Shown here: one piece after another, positions 18,730 to 28,066 of the stretch | Numbering within the stretch: the stretch's first letter is position 1 | Layout: the number at the start of each line of letters is the position of its first letter | DNA from: Trueperaceae bacterium | Lineage (GTDB): Bacteria; Deinococcota; Deinococci; Deinococcales; Trueperaceae | Length of the DNA: 64,000 nucleotides | Assembly: GCA_965213925.1 (NCBI GenBank) | Contig: OZ243927.1 | Span: forward strand, 544,001 to 608,000 | Direction: 5' to 3' | Position numbers and translations under genes: made by a program | Notes under the pieces: model-generated | Database searches by the model: none | What the model was told of the DNA's origin: nothing | What the model saw: only the letters and a program-made list of their open reading frames with translations

Positions 18730-19143
18730 TTATGCAGTTTCACGCATCTTCAACCTGGCGTGACGCCTGAGAAAAGAGGTGGGCTTGATCTCGATAATGA
18801 TAGGTGAGCGGTTCCAGCAACGAAATAGCACCTCGCTCTCGGAAATCGGCCAGTGCGCCTCTATATCTTCGGTTGAATACCACACGCCGAGACGCCTCTT
18901 GCTCACCACGCGGAGGTCTTCTGAAAGCAGCAGAAATTCGTAGTTTTCTTCGAAGGGGCAGTCCCAAGAGGTCACGAGTAGGTAATAGTCTTTGTAGCGG
19001 TACTGCGCGTCAATCACGAAGCCGGGGACAAACCTCTGCGTTCGCTCGCCGTTCTTGAGCAGGTGCGTTTTGAGGGGCCACGTTTCGTAGGGTCCGCTAT
19101 GCTGCTCGAGCGTAAAGAGAGAAACTTCAAGCATACGCTTCAT
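18730..19143 (-). CDS. Hypothetical protein
   Basis: 137-aa ORF closely following the upstream gene; LLVTSWDCPFEE motif. Confidence 0.65.
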   Translation of the reverse strand: MKRMLEVSLFTLEQHSGPYETWPLKTHLLKNGERTQRFVPGFVIDAQYRYKDYYLLVTSWDCPFEENYEFLLLSEDLRVVSKRRLGVWYSTEDIEAHWPISESEVLFRCWNRSPIIIEIKPTSFLRRHARLKMRETA

Positions 19144-19149
19144 CTTAGC

Positions 19150-19680
19150 TCAGGCGGGGAGTTTGGTCTTTGGCTCGACCACATCGTAGCCTAATTCTGA
19201 TGCAGCCTCCACAAAAACGCCTCTCAATGTTCCGCTCAAATCCTCTTGGCTGAAGAGAGAAAGCGTCACAGAATCGTGATACGGGAGCGGTCCGCCGATG
19301 AGCGAGTAGAGTTCCGTCTCTACGTACAAGACGGCCTCTTCGCCCTGCTCGAGCCTAAACCTCGCAGGAAAGTCGGCTCCCTCTCCCTGCGCTTCTTGAG
19401 ATGAAAGAGGTTGCCAGGGTCTTTCGGATAGCTTAACGTCTCTTGACTTTGTAAAGATGAAGCCCCATTCTCGGCGCTCCCAATGCTCCTCGACTATGTT
19501 GTGTGCGCCCAACGCGGAAGCCATCTCAGGGAACGCCCGAGCAACTAAGTCCCAAGGGTCAACCTGGCTGCCGTCTTCCCCCAACCAAGTGAGCACAGCG
19601 AAGCGGTAGGGGTGTCCCGGAGGAGGGGTCGGGCTGTAAACGTCCGTCCCCTTCACGAAAGCGACGCGCCCTGTGACCAT
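19150..19680 (-). CDS. Hypothetical protein
   Basis: 176-aa ORF overlapping the upstream stop by 1 nt; GGPLPYHDS motif. Confidence 0.65.
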   Translation of the reverse strand: MVTGRVAFVKGTDVYSPTPPPGHPYRFAVLTWLGEDGSQVDPWDLVARAFPEMASALGAHNIVEEHWERREWGFIFTKSRDVKLSERPWQPLSSQEAQGEGADFPARFRLEQGEEAVLYVETELYSLIGGPLPYHDSVTLSLFSQEDLSGTLRGVFVEAASELGYDVVEPKTKLPA

Positions 19681-19934
19681 CAGCTCACCCGCTCACGAGC
19701 GACGTCCGCGCACGACGTAGTAAAGGCGAGGAGCCAGAGCGCCCCTAGTGCCGTGATGAGTAGGCCAGCGCTCCCGATTCTCGAGGCGATAGAGAGTTGA
19801 GCGTTGTACTCAGCCTGCATCGCGGGTGTTGGGTCTTGGTACGGAATACTGACAAAGATAACGCCGTACATAAAGCCCGCGAAAAGCGTGCCCAAACCCA
19901 AGATCAAAGGTGCGGTTGCTACCAGCCATTTCAT
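19680..19934 (-). CDS. Small two-TM membrane protein
   Basis: Two hydrophobic helices around SIPYQDPTP. Confidence 0.65.
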   Translation of the reverse strand: MKWLVATAPLILGLGTLFAGFMYGVIFVSIPYQDPTPAMQAEYNAQLSIASRIGSAGLLITALGALWLLAFTTSCADVARERVS

Positions 19935-20001
19935 TACTCACCTATTTGCCCTAAAGATTCGCGCTACCCCATCAACTAGAACTCGTTTTTTGTAACAACG
20001 C

Positions 20002-20682
20002 CTACTTCGTCGGCTGTTCTACCTCGAGTATCTTCCGCGCCACCTCCAATAAGTCATCCCCCACCACATCCGGCTCGGGCGCGAGCGGGTCCAAGACCTT
20101 ACCCGGACGCGCGACAAACGCGCCCGCGCAGCCGGAGCGCATCGCCCCCGCAAGGTCCCAAGCGTGCGCCGCCACGAGCCGCATCTCGGAGGTTTCGACG
20201 CCGAGAGATTCCGCAGCCTTTTTGTAAACCTCGGGGGCGGGTTTAAGCTGCTCGGCAGTGTCCGCCGAAAGAATCTGCTCGAAAAACCCGGCTAAGCCTG
20301 CCTGCGTGAGTTGTGACTGCGCCACCTCCAAAGTCGAGTTGGTCAGCGCCGCGAGGCGCAAGCCGCCCTCTTGCAGCGTCTCTAGCGCCTCTCTCACCTC
20401 GGGATGCGGCGGCAGTTTGCGCACACCCATCAGAATGGCGTTTTTATCCTTGTCCGAGAGGTCAACCTCTTCTCGAGCCGCAACCATCTCCAAAGCCCCC
20501 TGCGCCACCTCGCCAAAGTCGGCATATGCACCCGTGATCACGCCGACCATCGCCGTTTGAATCATCTGCGTGAACCACGCGCCGCGCACCTCTTTGCTGC
20601 CAAAAGCACGTTCGAAGTAGGGGTCTAAATCGCTCAAATCTAGCAAGGTTTCGTTGACGTCAAAGACGATGATTCGGGCCAT
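20002..20682 (-). CDS. Haloacid dehalogenase type II
   Basis: VFDVNETLLD, ALTNS, KPAPEVY, LVAAHAWDLAGA; GAGGAG RBS supports the 20682 start. Confidence 0.9.
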   Translation of the reverse strand: MARIIVFDVNETLLDLSDLDPYFERAFGSKEVRGAWFTQMIQTAMVGVITGAYADFGEVAQGALEMVAAREEVDLSDKDKNAILMGVRKLPPHPEVREALETLQEGGLRLAALTNSTLEVAQSQLTQAGLAGFFEQILSADTAEQLKPAPEVYKKAAESLGVETSEMRLVAAHAWDLAGAMRSGCAGAFVARPGKVLDPLAPEPDVVGDDLLEVARKILEVEQPTK

Positions 20683-20705
20683 AGCGTTCTCCTCAATCTC
20701 TAGTC

Positions 20706-21275
20706 TTATGCATTCCAAAAGGGATACGCCACGCGCTCCGCCGCCCCCGCCGCGACCTCTTCGCCGTAAAACTCGCGCAGCAACTCCAGCCCCACATCTA
20801 ACCCCGCCGACGCGCCGCCCGCGCACCACACGCGCTCATTTTTCACCACCCTCGCCTCAACCACTTCCCCCACCTCATAATCTAAAAGCCGCTCGCGCAG
20901 CGGCAACCACGTCGTCGCCCTGAGGTCGCGTAAGAACCCAAGTTCGCCTAAGAGAAACGCCCCCGTACTGACGCTCACGAGGAGACGCGCGCCCGCCGCT
21001 TTATCTTTTAAGTAAGAGGTCAGCGCCTTGTCCCGGCTCGCCGCGTCCACGCCTGCGCCGCCCGGCACGACGAGCACGTCCGGCTCCGGTGCGCTCATAA
21101 AAGCCCACTGCGGCGTAACGGTCAAGCCGCCGGAGGTCTGCACCGAGTTGCGCGACTTCGCCGTGGTGAAGAGGTTAGGCTCATCTTCGGCATTCAGCCC
21201 AGCACGCACCGCGCTATAGGTGCCGACCACATCCAACTCGTGAACCTCGTGATAGAGCACTAGGGCGATATTCAT
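20706..21275 (-). CDS. DJ-1/PfpI family protein
   Basis: ELDVVG, DVLVVPGG, SVSTGAFLL, GGASAGLD; Ser replaces the usual nucleophilic Cys; leaderless TAAGAT-N6-ATG. Confidence 0.85.
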   Translation of the reverse strand: MNIALVLYHEVHELDVVGTYSAVRAGLNAEDEPNLFTTAKSRNSVQTSGGLTVTPQWAFMSAPEPDVLVVPGGAGVDAASRDKALTSYLKDKAAGARLLVSVSTGAFLLGELGFLRDLRATTWLPLRERLLDYEVGEVVEARVVKNERVWCAGGASAGLDVGLELLREFYGEEVAAGAAERVAYPFWNA

Positions 21276-21381
21276 TCACGTATCTTATCAGGGCTGCACG
21301 CTTTCATGAAGGCGCGATTCGGAGCCCTATCTTGACGCAGCTTACAGCCTCTTCGGGGAGAGGTTCGTTAAACTTTAGGAT

Positions 21382-21891
21382 ATGAAGCGACTTCTAATTT
21401 TGAGCGTCCTCCTGACCTCTTTCAGCTTCGCCCAGCCCACCTGCGAAACGCTGGTGAGCGACCTAGAAACCGCTTTCGACGAAGCCGAAAGCCTCTTGTC
21501 CGAAGTTGAAGTCGTCGCTAACGGGCGCGAGATGGGCTACCAGAAGGCGCGTCTCTACCGGGATGATACAGGCGAGTTGCAAAGTGAGGTGTTGGAGGAG
21601 CGCGGGCAGCGTCCGCCGGAGGACGAAGGCGAAGGCGAGAGTGACGAGGAGTTTAGCTTTAGCTGCGAGGGCAACGAGATCGAGCTTCTAGGCAGCGACG
21701 GTTCGTACCGCTTGACGTTGCAGGAGGATGACGAGGACATCCCGGTAGACGAGTATCGGCTCGAGTTCTTCCCCCAGGGCGAGCGTTATCTGCCGCGCTC
21801 GATCATCGCCAACTTCAATACGACCTTCGTGCTGATTCCGGTGAGAGGGACGTTCACGACGAACTTGAGCGAGTGGACCTTTCCTGAGTAA
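21382..21891 (+). CDS. Secreted acidic hypothetical protein
   Basis: Signal peptide MKRLLILSVLLTSFSFA; leaderless TAAACT-N7-ATG. Confidence 0.75.
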   Translation: MKRLLILSVLLTSFSFAQPTCETLVSDLETAFDEAESLLSEVEVVANGREMGYQKARLYRDDTGELQSEVLEERGQRPPEDEGEGESDEEFSFSCEGNEIELLGSDGSYRLTLQEDDEDIPVDEYRLEFFPQGERYLPRSIIANFNTTFVLIPVRGTFTTNLSEWTFPE

Positions 21892-21941
21892 GCGAGTCAG
21901 CACCTCAGCCAGTCAGCAATTCAGAAAAAGCAAGGGACAAC

Positions 21942-22505
21942 TTGACGTTATCTGGAAAAACTACGGCGCTGTCTAAAGATTTTTACGCGAGAGACGCCGA
22001 GACCGTCGCCAAAGCGCTTCTCGGCACAACACTCGTTCATCATCTCGGCGGTGCAATTCAGCGCTCCCGCATCGTCGAAACCGAAGCTTACGTCGGCACC
22101 CATGATCTCGCCTCGCACGCCTCCAAAGGCAGAACGAAACGCACCGAGGTGATGTTCGGTCCACCCGGACGCGCTTACGTCTACCTTATCTACGGCATGT
22201 ACGACATGCTCAACATCGTAACCGGACAAGACGGGGACGCCCAAGCGGTGCTGATTCGAGCCGTTGAACCTCTCGAGAATGTCTCGGGCAAAACGGATGG
22301 TCCGGGCAAATTGACGCGGGCGCTAGGAATTACGCGAGAACTCAATCGACACGACCTCTCGGAAGAACCGCTCTGGTTGGGGCCCGGCACGCCTCCAGAA
22401 GAGGTCGTTACCACTACGCGCATCGGCATCGACTACGCGGGCGTGTGGAGAGACGCGCCGCTCAGGTTTTATGACGCGGGGAGCGGGTTTGTCTCTAAGA
22501 AGTAG
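21942..22505 (+). CDS. mpg: DNA-3-methyladenine glycosylase (Mpg/AAG family)
   Basis: RIVETEAY, D.ASH, MFGPPG.AYVYLIYGM, AVLIRA, GPGKL, RIGI. Confidence 0.92.
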   Translation: MTLSGKTTALSKDFYARDAETVAKALLGTTLVHHLGGAIQRSRIVETEAYVGTHDLASHASKGRTKRTEVMFGPPGRAYVYLIYGMYDMLNIVTGQDGDAQAVLIRAVEPLENVSGKTDGPGKLTRALGITRELNRHDLSEEPLWLGPGTPPEEVVTTTRIGIDYAGVWRDAPLRFYDAGSGFVSKK

Positions 22506-22512
22506 CAAGAGA

Positions 22513-22567
22513 AAAGGACTGAGATCAAAGGTTTAGCCTTCACCTTTCTCTCAGTCCTCAGTCCTTT
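22513..22567. repeat. AGGACTGAG/CTCAGTCCT inverted repeat, possible terminator
   Basis: AAAGGACTGAG...CTCAGTCCTCAGTCCTTT, related to 10220-10267. Confidence 0.55.
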
Positions 22568-22633
22568 AACCTTATTTTATCGTTGCTCGGTACTCATTGC
22601 TCTTTACCCTCAGCACCCCGTTACAATACCCTC

Positions 22634-23059
22634 ATGCTCGACACCCGAACTTTCAGAAGCATTATCGAAGACCTCATCCCGATGAACCGTTTTTTAGGGC
22701 TCAAGCTAGACCACTTCGACATGGAGACCGGCGACGTAACCACACGTTTAGCGATGCGCCCCGAATACCTGGGCAACGCCCGCCGCGCCATGCCGCACGG
22801 CGGTCTCATCTCCTTCTTAATCGACGCCACAGCGGGCGCGTCCGCCGCCCTTTCGCTGGACGACTATTCTCTTATCGACCGCGTCGCCACCATCGACATG
22901 CGCGTGGACTACCTCAAACCCGCTAAGGGAGAGGTGCTCCTGACCTCTTCGACGGTCATGCGCCCCGGCAACCGCATCATCAATGTGCGGAGTGAACTGC
23001 ACGACGACGTAGGCACGCTCGTCGCGCTCGGCTCGAATACGTTCAACGTGGCGAGGTGA
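22634..23059 (+). CDS. PaaI family hotdog thioesterase
   Basis: LGN....HGG.I..LID, TIDMRVDYLKP; leaderless TACAAT-N6-ATG. Confidence 0.88.
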   Translation: MLDTRTFRSIIEDLIPMNRFLGLKLDHFDMETGDVTTRLAMRPEYLGNARRAMPHGGLISFLIDATAGASAALSLDDYSLIDRVATIDMRVDYLKPAKGEVLLTSSTVMRPGNRIINVRSELHDDVGTLVALGSNTFNVAR

Positions 23060-23069
23060 CGCGGTGGAC

Positions 23070-23240
23070 ATGCAGCGCTTAGCCACCTCGACGCTCCTTT
23101 TTACCGTCGCCATGCTCGGCTTTAACACGCTCGGCTCGGAGCGGACGCTCACCGAGGCGATCCCGCTTAGCCTCTTTCAAGGGGTCATCTTCGCCTCGTT
23201 CGTCTACGCTTGGGAGTGGTACCGCAACCGGAAGAAATGA
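23070..23240 (+). CDS. 56-aa two-TM small membrane protein (below ORF-track cutoff)
   Basis: MQRLATSTLLFTVAMLGFNTLGSERTLTEAIPLSLFQGVIFASFVYAWEWYRNRKK*; fills the gap and its stop overlaps the next ATG (ATGA). Confidence 0.6.
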   Translation: MQRLATSTLLFTVAMLGFNTLGSERTLTEAIPLSLFQGVIFASFVYAWEWYRNRKK

Positions 23241-24190
23241 CCAGAAGAGGTGCCCGGAAAAGATTCCCGGAAGAGATGAAGGCTGAACTTAGCGCGGCTG
23301 AACTAGAGACCCTGAGCCACCTTTACGGCTGGAGAAACGCGACCTCTTCGCCTATCCATAAGGGAGAAAACGCGACGTTTCTTGTTGCGGCTAAAGAGGT
23401 AAGGTGCGCCCTGCGCAAATACCGCCAGCGCGACCTCTCCCCTATCCGCGCCGAACTCGCCTGGATGTCGGAACTCTCACAAGAGGTCTCTGTACCTTTT
23501 GTTCTTCCTACCCGGCACAACGACCTCTTCGCGCAGATAGACGGAGAGGTTTACGCGGCGTTCGAGTACCTCGAGGGTCACTTCGTAGAAGAAAACACCA
23601 CCGCCAACCTCTTTCGTCTAGGACGGCTTTTCAGTACACTTCACGCCGCTTCGGAAGAGGTCGCTGAGCGGATGCCGAACGATTGGATAGGCTGGCAGCG
23701 TCCCACCTTTGACGACCAAGAGGTCGTTGAAAAGCCGCTCGAGCACCTCTTGAGCGCCGCCTTCTTGACCTCAGAGGACAAAAAGAGGTGTGAGCGTGTC
23801 GCAGAAGAACTCGGCAAGAGGTTTCGACCTCTTTTAGAAGGGACCTTCGTTCACGCGGATTTGCATTTCGGAAACGTTTTAGAGCAAGACGGCGCGTGGT
23901 TCTGTCTGGACTTTGACGAGTGCGGCTTTGGCTCGAGACTTTTTGACTTAGGCGTCGTCAAGTTTCACCTGATGGCGGAGGATGACCTCCACGTTCTTCC
24001 CCATTTTATAAGCGGTTACGGCGCACCTCTTTCAGATGGAGCCCTCAGCCTCGGCACGGCGGCGCGCATCTTTTACACGGCGGGCAAAATCCCGCTGCGC
24101 TTAGATATTCCCGACTTGGCGAGAAATCCTAGGGGAGCCGTTCAGCGTTATTTAGGGTATCTCGAGGCGGAGCTTAAAGGGATTGTGTAA
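23237..24190 (+). CDS. APH/homoserine kinase type II-like phosphotransferase
   Basis: GENATF, ELAWM, HADLHFGN, LDFDECG. Confidence 0.85.
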   Translation: MTRRGARKRFPEEMKAELSAAELETLSHLYGWRNATSSPIHKGENATFLVAAKEVRCALRKYRQRDLSPIRAELAWMSELSQEVSVPFVLPTRHNDLFAQIDGEVYAAFEYLEGHFVEENTTANLFRLGRLFSTLHAASEEVAERMPNDWIGWQRPTFDDQEVVEKPLEHLLSAAFLTSEDKKRCERVAEELGKRFRPLLEGTFVHADLHFGNVLEQDGAWFCLDFDECGFGSRLFDLGVVKFHLMAEDDLHVLPHFISGYGAPLSDGALSLGTAARIFYTAGKIPLRLDIPDLARNPRGAVQRYLGYLEAELKGIV

Positions 24191-24257
24191 GCGTCACGCC
24201 ATACGGATTCCGGTCAATTCCCGTAAGAATTAACCCGGGCAGAGCGATTAGTCGCAG

Positions 24258-24788
24258 TTAGCCGCGCAAGAATTCGCTAGGCTGCTCGCTCAGAGGGGGC
24301 AAATCGTCTAGGGAGTGGAGCCCGAACTCCAGCAAAAACCGCTCCGTCGTGCCGTAGAGTAGCGGTTTGCCGATGACGTCCTTGCGCCCGAGCACCTTGA
24401 TGAGTTCGCGCTCTTGCAGCGTGTCTAATGTCGAAGCGCACGACGCGCCCCGCGCCGCCTCTAGCTCGCCGCGCGTCACGGGCTGCTGATACGCGACGAG
24501 GGCGAGCGTCTCCACGGCGGCTTTCGAGAGCTGCGGGAGGGGCGGCGGCGAGAGCAGCGCCGCGAGGTCGCCGGTGAGCGTCGGACTAACGATTAAGCGG
24601 ACGCCGCCCGCGACCTCTTCGACGACGAGACCGAGATGATGTTCTTTGAGAGTTCTCTGCAAGTCGCGCACGACCTCCGCGACCTCTTCGGGCTTGATCT
24701 GTAAAAGCGTGCCGAGGTCGCCGTCACTGAGCGGGCGTCCGGCGGCGAGGAGCGCGGAGCAGAGGAGGGCGCGGTGGTGAGGTGGCAT
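24258..24788 (-). CDS. scpB: SMC-Scp complex subunit ScpB
   Basis: LSKAAVETLALVAYQQPVTR.ELEAARG, G.PLLYGTT..FL..FGL.SL.DLP. Confidence 0.93.
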   Translation of the reverse strand: MPPHHRALLCSALLAAGRPLSDGDLGTLLQIKPEEVAEVVRDLQRTLKEHHLGLVVEEVAGGVRLIVSPTLTGDLAALLSPPPLPQLSKAAVETLALVAYQQPVTRGELEAARGASCASTLDTLQERELIKVLGRKDVIGKPLLYGTTERFLLEFGLHSLDDLPPLSEQPSEFLRG

Positions 24789-24829
24789 GTAGGGGTAGTT
24801 TACCGCAAACCTTGCAGGGTCACTTCTTA

Positions 24830-24895
24830 TACGAATTCCGATCGATTACTGCATAAACTCTTTCAGAATTTCTTCCGTTATCATCGGAATCCGTA
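24830..24895. repeat. TACGGATTCCG-type palindromic repeat
   Basis: TACGAATTCCGAT...ATCGGAATCCGTA arms; related partial copies at ~24201-24237 and ~25016-25052. Confidence 0.6.
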
Positions 24896-25231
24896 CTTTT
24901 TCTACTCGCAATAGAGTCCTCAGCCAGAGGTTCCTTCGGAAGCTTCGCGCAATCGTCTTTGAAGCTATGCGCGTCGTCGTTAAGCTTACCAGCCCCGGCT
25001 GATGGCTCTTCCGCTCGGGGTAATTCCTACGGGAATTACCCGGAAATCGTACTACATTCTCCTCTCTCCCCCATTCAGGGGTAAATTCCGCCTTACATAC
25101 CTTTTAAGCTAAATGAGTCGCTCAGCACCTAACGTACACGTTTCAGTTTGGTGAGACCTGCACTGTGCTGTCCGAGCTTCGAGATGACCGATTTGAAATA
25201 ACTGATTTGAGATGACCGAGGGGAATACGAA

Positions 25232-27121
25232 GTGTATACGGGAAACCATCAACAGGGAATCGCCCTCGTGGTCGTTCTCCTTTCAGCGATGACGCTCCTA
25301 GTGACGATGCTGGCGATCACGGCGACATTGGCGCTCTCGAGCCAGCGGACGCTCACCGACGGGCGCGCCACGCTACAAGCGCAGTACGCCGCCGAATCCG
25401 GGTTGAGCCTCGCGCGCAGTCGTCAGCGCGACGCGGAAGAGGTCCTTAGTAACCTGCACGTACCCACTAATGTGGACGCGGCAACGATTGCGGCGCACGC
25501 CAAAAACTTCTGCGGTGCAGATACTCTGTATGACCCTGGCGCGGTGACGAGTTGGACGCCCGAACAGCGCAGGGAGGGCGTTCTCCTCTGCGAAGCTGCG
25601 CCCGTGGACGAGAGCGACGAGACTCGCTTCTCACTCTTTACGACCTATATCCCTCAAAACGTCTACCCGAGGGACGTCGCGCCTCGCTCCTATTGGCGCG
25701 AAGCGTTCGGGAGCGGCGGGGTCCTAGTAGACGCACGTATCGCGGTGGACGCGGAGCGCGGCGCAGAGACCTGGTACCGCGCCTCGTTCGGGCTCGTTCC
25801 AGAAGCCGTGCGGCTCATGGGGACCGACAACTACCGCTTCGACTTCTCGCTCGCTCCGGTCACGTCCACGGGCGAGGTGCGCGCAGGCGGAGAGGTCGTC
25901 GCGACGCGAACAGTAGGGCTCGAGACCCCAGGTCGCTTCGAGGTGAGCGTCGCTAAACCCAACCTGAACAGCTACGTCCTCTTGCGCAACAACACGCGCG
26001 CTCAGACGGGCGCTCAGCTTTACTTCGCAGGCGGCGAGCGTTACGACGGTCCCGTTCACACGAACGGCGCGCCGGGCTTTGCTAGGCAGGGCGAAGAAGC
26101 GCCCAAATTCTTCTCCACCTTTACAACGTCAGCGCGACGCGTAAAGCATAAGGGCGTGACCGAGGGAGACTACCCGGACATCTTCGCGGGCGACACTCTG
26201 GACAACTCGGAACGTTTCGGCGCTGACGCGCTTTCCTTACCGACGAGCAGCACCTCTCAACTCCGCGCCTCGTTCGGTGACGTAGAGGGGCACAGTGGAC
26301 ATGGCGATGTTCAGGGGGACGAGCTAGCCTCAGCCTGGGGCGTCGCCAGTATGGAGCGCGGCGTTTATTACAGTCGCGGCGACGGCGCGGAGGCGAACCA
26401 GACGAACCGCTGGCTCGGCGGTCTCTACATTCGCGGCGATGTGAGCGACCTGACCTTTACGACGAAGCAGGGGCAGCAAGTTATTCAGATCACGCACACG
26501 CCTACCGCTACTCAAGAGGTCGTTACGACGTTTCAGCAGGAGCGTGGCGGGTCCTGGACGGTGAGCGAAGGGGGGATCACCGAAACGCTCTCGGGCGACT
26601 TTAGCGGCGTGGTTTACGTGGACGGCGCGGTCGAAAGTTTGGGCGGGGACGGCACGAACGCCGCCGACCTCGCGCCCGAAAGCCAACTCATCTTAACGGC
26701 GACGGGCGACGTCACCATCCGGCGGAGCCTTACCTACGCCGCCGACCCGCGCCAGGATGAGGCGGCGCTCAATGTGCTCGGCATCTATACAGACAGGGGC
26801 AACGTTTTTGTCGATGGACCTCGTAACCGAGACCTCAGCGTACACGCTGCCGTGCTCGTTTCAGGGGAAAGCAAAGGGTTAGGGCTCGGTTCGGCGGGTC
26901 AAAGAGCCCGCTTCGTCCTCCTAGGCAGCCTCGCCGAGGACCAGCCGCAGCGCACCCGCACCCGCGGGGCGAACGCGGGCGGTTACGAGGTTCACCACAT
27001 CTACGACCCGCGTTTCGCAGACGGTTTCGCGCCGCCCTTCTTTCCGGCTCTGACCAAGTGGAGCAGCAAGGTCGAGCGGTTCAGCCGCGAGCAAGGTCTT
27101 TGGGACGTGAGGTCTCGGTGA
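25232..27121 (+). CDS. PilX-N/DUF4900-like large pilus accessory protein (ComZ-like)
   Basis: QQGIALVVVLL pilin-like N-terminus, AQYAAESGL, DGPVHTNG, YDPRF..G.APPFFP. Confidence 0.8.
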   Translation: MYTGNHQQGIALVVVLLSAMTLLVTMLAITATLALSSQRTLTDGRATLQAQYAAESGLSLARSRQRDAEEVLSNLHVPTNVDAATIAAHAKNFCGADTLYDPGAVTSWTPEQRREGVLLCEAAPVDESDETRFSLFTTYIPQNVYPRDVAPRSYWREAFGSGGVLVDARIAVDAERGAETWYRASFGLVPEAVRLMGTDNYRFDFSLAPVTSTGEVRAGGEVVATRTVGLETPGRFEVSVAKPNLNSYVLLRNNTRAQTGAQLYFAGGERYDGPVHTNGAPGFARQGEEAPKFFSTFTTSARRVKHKGVTEGDYPDIFAGDTLDNSERFGADALSLPTSSTSQLRASFGDVEGHSGHGDVQGDELASAWGVASMERGVYYSRGDGAEANQTNRWLGGLYIRGDVSDLTFTTKQGQQVIQITHTPTATQEVVTTFQQERGGSWTVSEGGITETLSGDFSGVVYVDGAVESLGGDGTNAADLAPESQLILTATGDVTIRRSLTYAADPRQDEAALNVLGIYTDRGNVFVDGPRNRDLSVHAAVLVSGESKGLGLGSAGQRARFVLLGSLAEDQPQRTRTRGANAGGYEVHHIYDPRFADGFAPPFFPALTKWSSKVERFSREQGLWDVRSR

Positions 27122-27561
27122 TGCGACATGCACAGGGTTTTACGCTGCTCGAGCTGCTCTTCGTTTTGGTCATCCTAGGCGTGCTCGCCTCGTTGGGCTT
27201 CAGCACCTTGATGGAGGCGCGGGGAAGGGCGCAGCTCGAGGAGGCGACGGTGCAGTTTGCCGCCGACGTGCAGCGGGCGAGGAGCACAGCGCAACGTCAC
27301 AACAGGAGCGCCAGCATCGCGCTAGGCGAGGAACTAGGACGCTATACGCTCACCCTAAATGATGTCACACACGAGCGGAGACTTCCCCATGACGCTCAGG
27401 TAAGCGTAGAGCACGGCAGCGGCAGCGTGACCTACAGCGCCCCTTTCGGCGAGGTCAATGCGCTGAGTAGACGCTTCACCATCGCCTCGGCGCGAACGGA
27501 GCGCGTGCGCTACGTCAAGGTGATCGGCGTGACGGGCAAGGTGATCATCAGTGACTTCTAA
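27121..27561 (+). CDS. GspH/FimT-like minor pilin
   Basis: Prepilin motif QG|FTLLELL. Confidence 0.88.
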   Translation: MRHAQGFTLLELLFVLVILGVLASLGFSTLMEARGRAQLEEATVQFAADVQRARSTAQRHNRSASIALGEELGRYTLTLNDVTHERRLPHDAQVSVEHGSGSVTYSAPFGEVNALSRRFTIASARTERVRYVKVIGVTGKVIISDF

Positions 27562-28066
27562 ACGCGGTCTCACCATCGTCGAACTGCTCATCGCCACGGC
27601 GCTGCTCGGCTTGCTCATCACGGTCGTCGTCGCGCCGCTGACCGACCTCTTTCAGATGACCGGGCGCAGCACCCGGACGCTCAGCGGAACGACCCGAGCG
27701 CAAGAGACCATAGAGGATATTCAGGGTCAGTGGCGCGCGTATCCTGCCGTTCGCGACCCGCTCAACCCGACCCCGCAAGAAACGCGCAACGAGGCGGCGT
27801 ATAGGCGGAGCAAGGCGCGCTACGCCCGGACGTGCCTGGCGGATTTTCCTGCTGCGCCCGAGGGTTTAGAGGTAGAGGTCCGCGTGTGGGAACTAGGTAG
27901 GAATGCGGACGCAGGCGCAGAGCTGAGCGTCAAACGCGGGCAGACGTGCGGCGGCGGACCTCTGCCCGACCCACCTCCTATGAAGCGCGTCACCGTTACC
28001 GTCACGGCGGACAACGACGGCGACGCCGAAACCGTCTCCCTCACCGTGGACATTCCTCGACCATGA
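27551..28066 (+). CDS. PilV-like minor pilin
   Basis: Prepilin motif RG|LTIVELL; KRVTVTV C-terminal strand. Confidence 0.85.
   Translation: MTSKRGLTIVELLIATALLGLLITVVVAPLTDLFQMTGRSTRTLSGTTRAQETIEDIQGQWRAYPAVRDPLNPTPQETRNEAAYRRSKARYARTCLADFPAAPEGLEVEVRVWELGRNADAGAELSVKRGQTCGGGPLPDPPPMKRVTVTVTADNDGDAETVSLTVDIPRP

Noticed and set aside
18246..19934. Integron cassette array
   Set aside because: No attC-like repeats between genes (gaps of 0-6 nt in places) and no integrase
25171..25220. Riboswitch upstream of the pilin cassette
   Set aside because: Only a short direct repeat (GAGATGACCGA twice) is visible, with no aptamer signature
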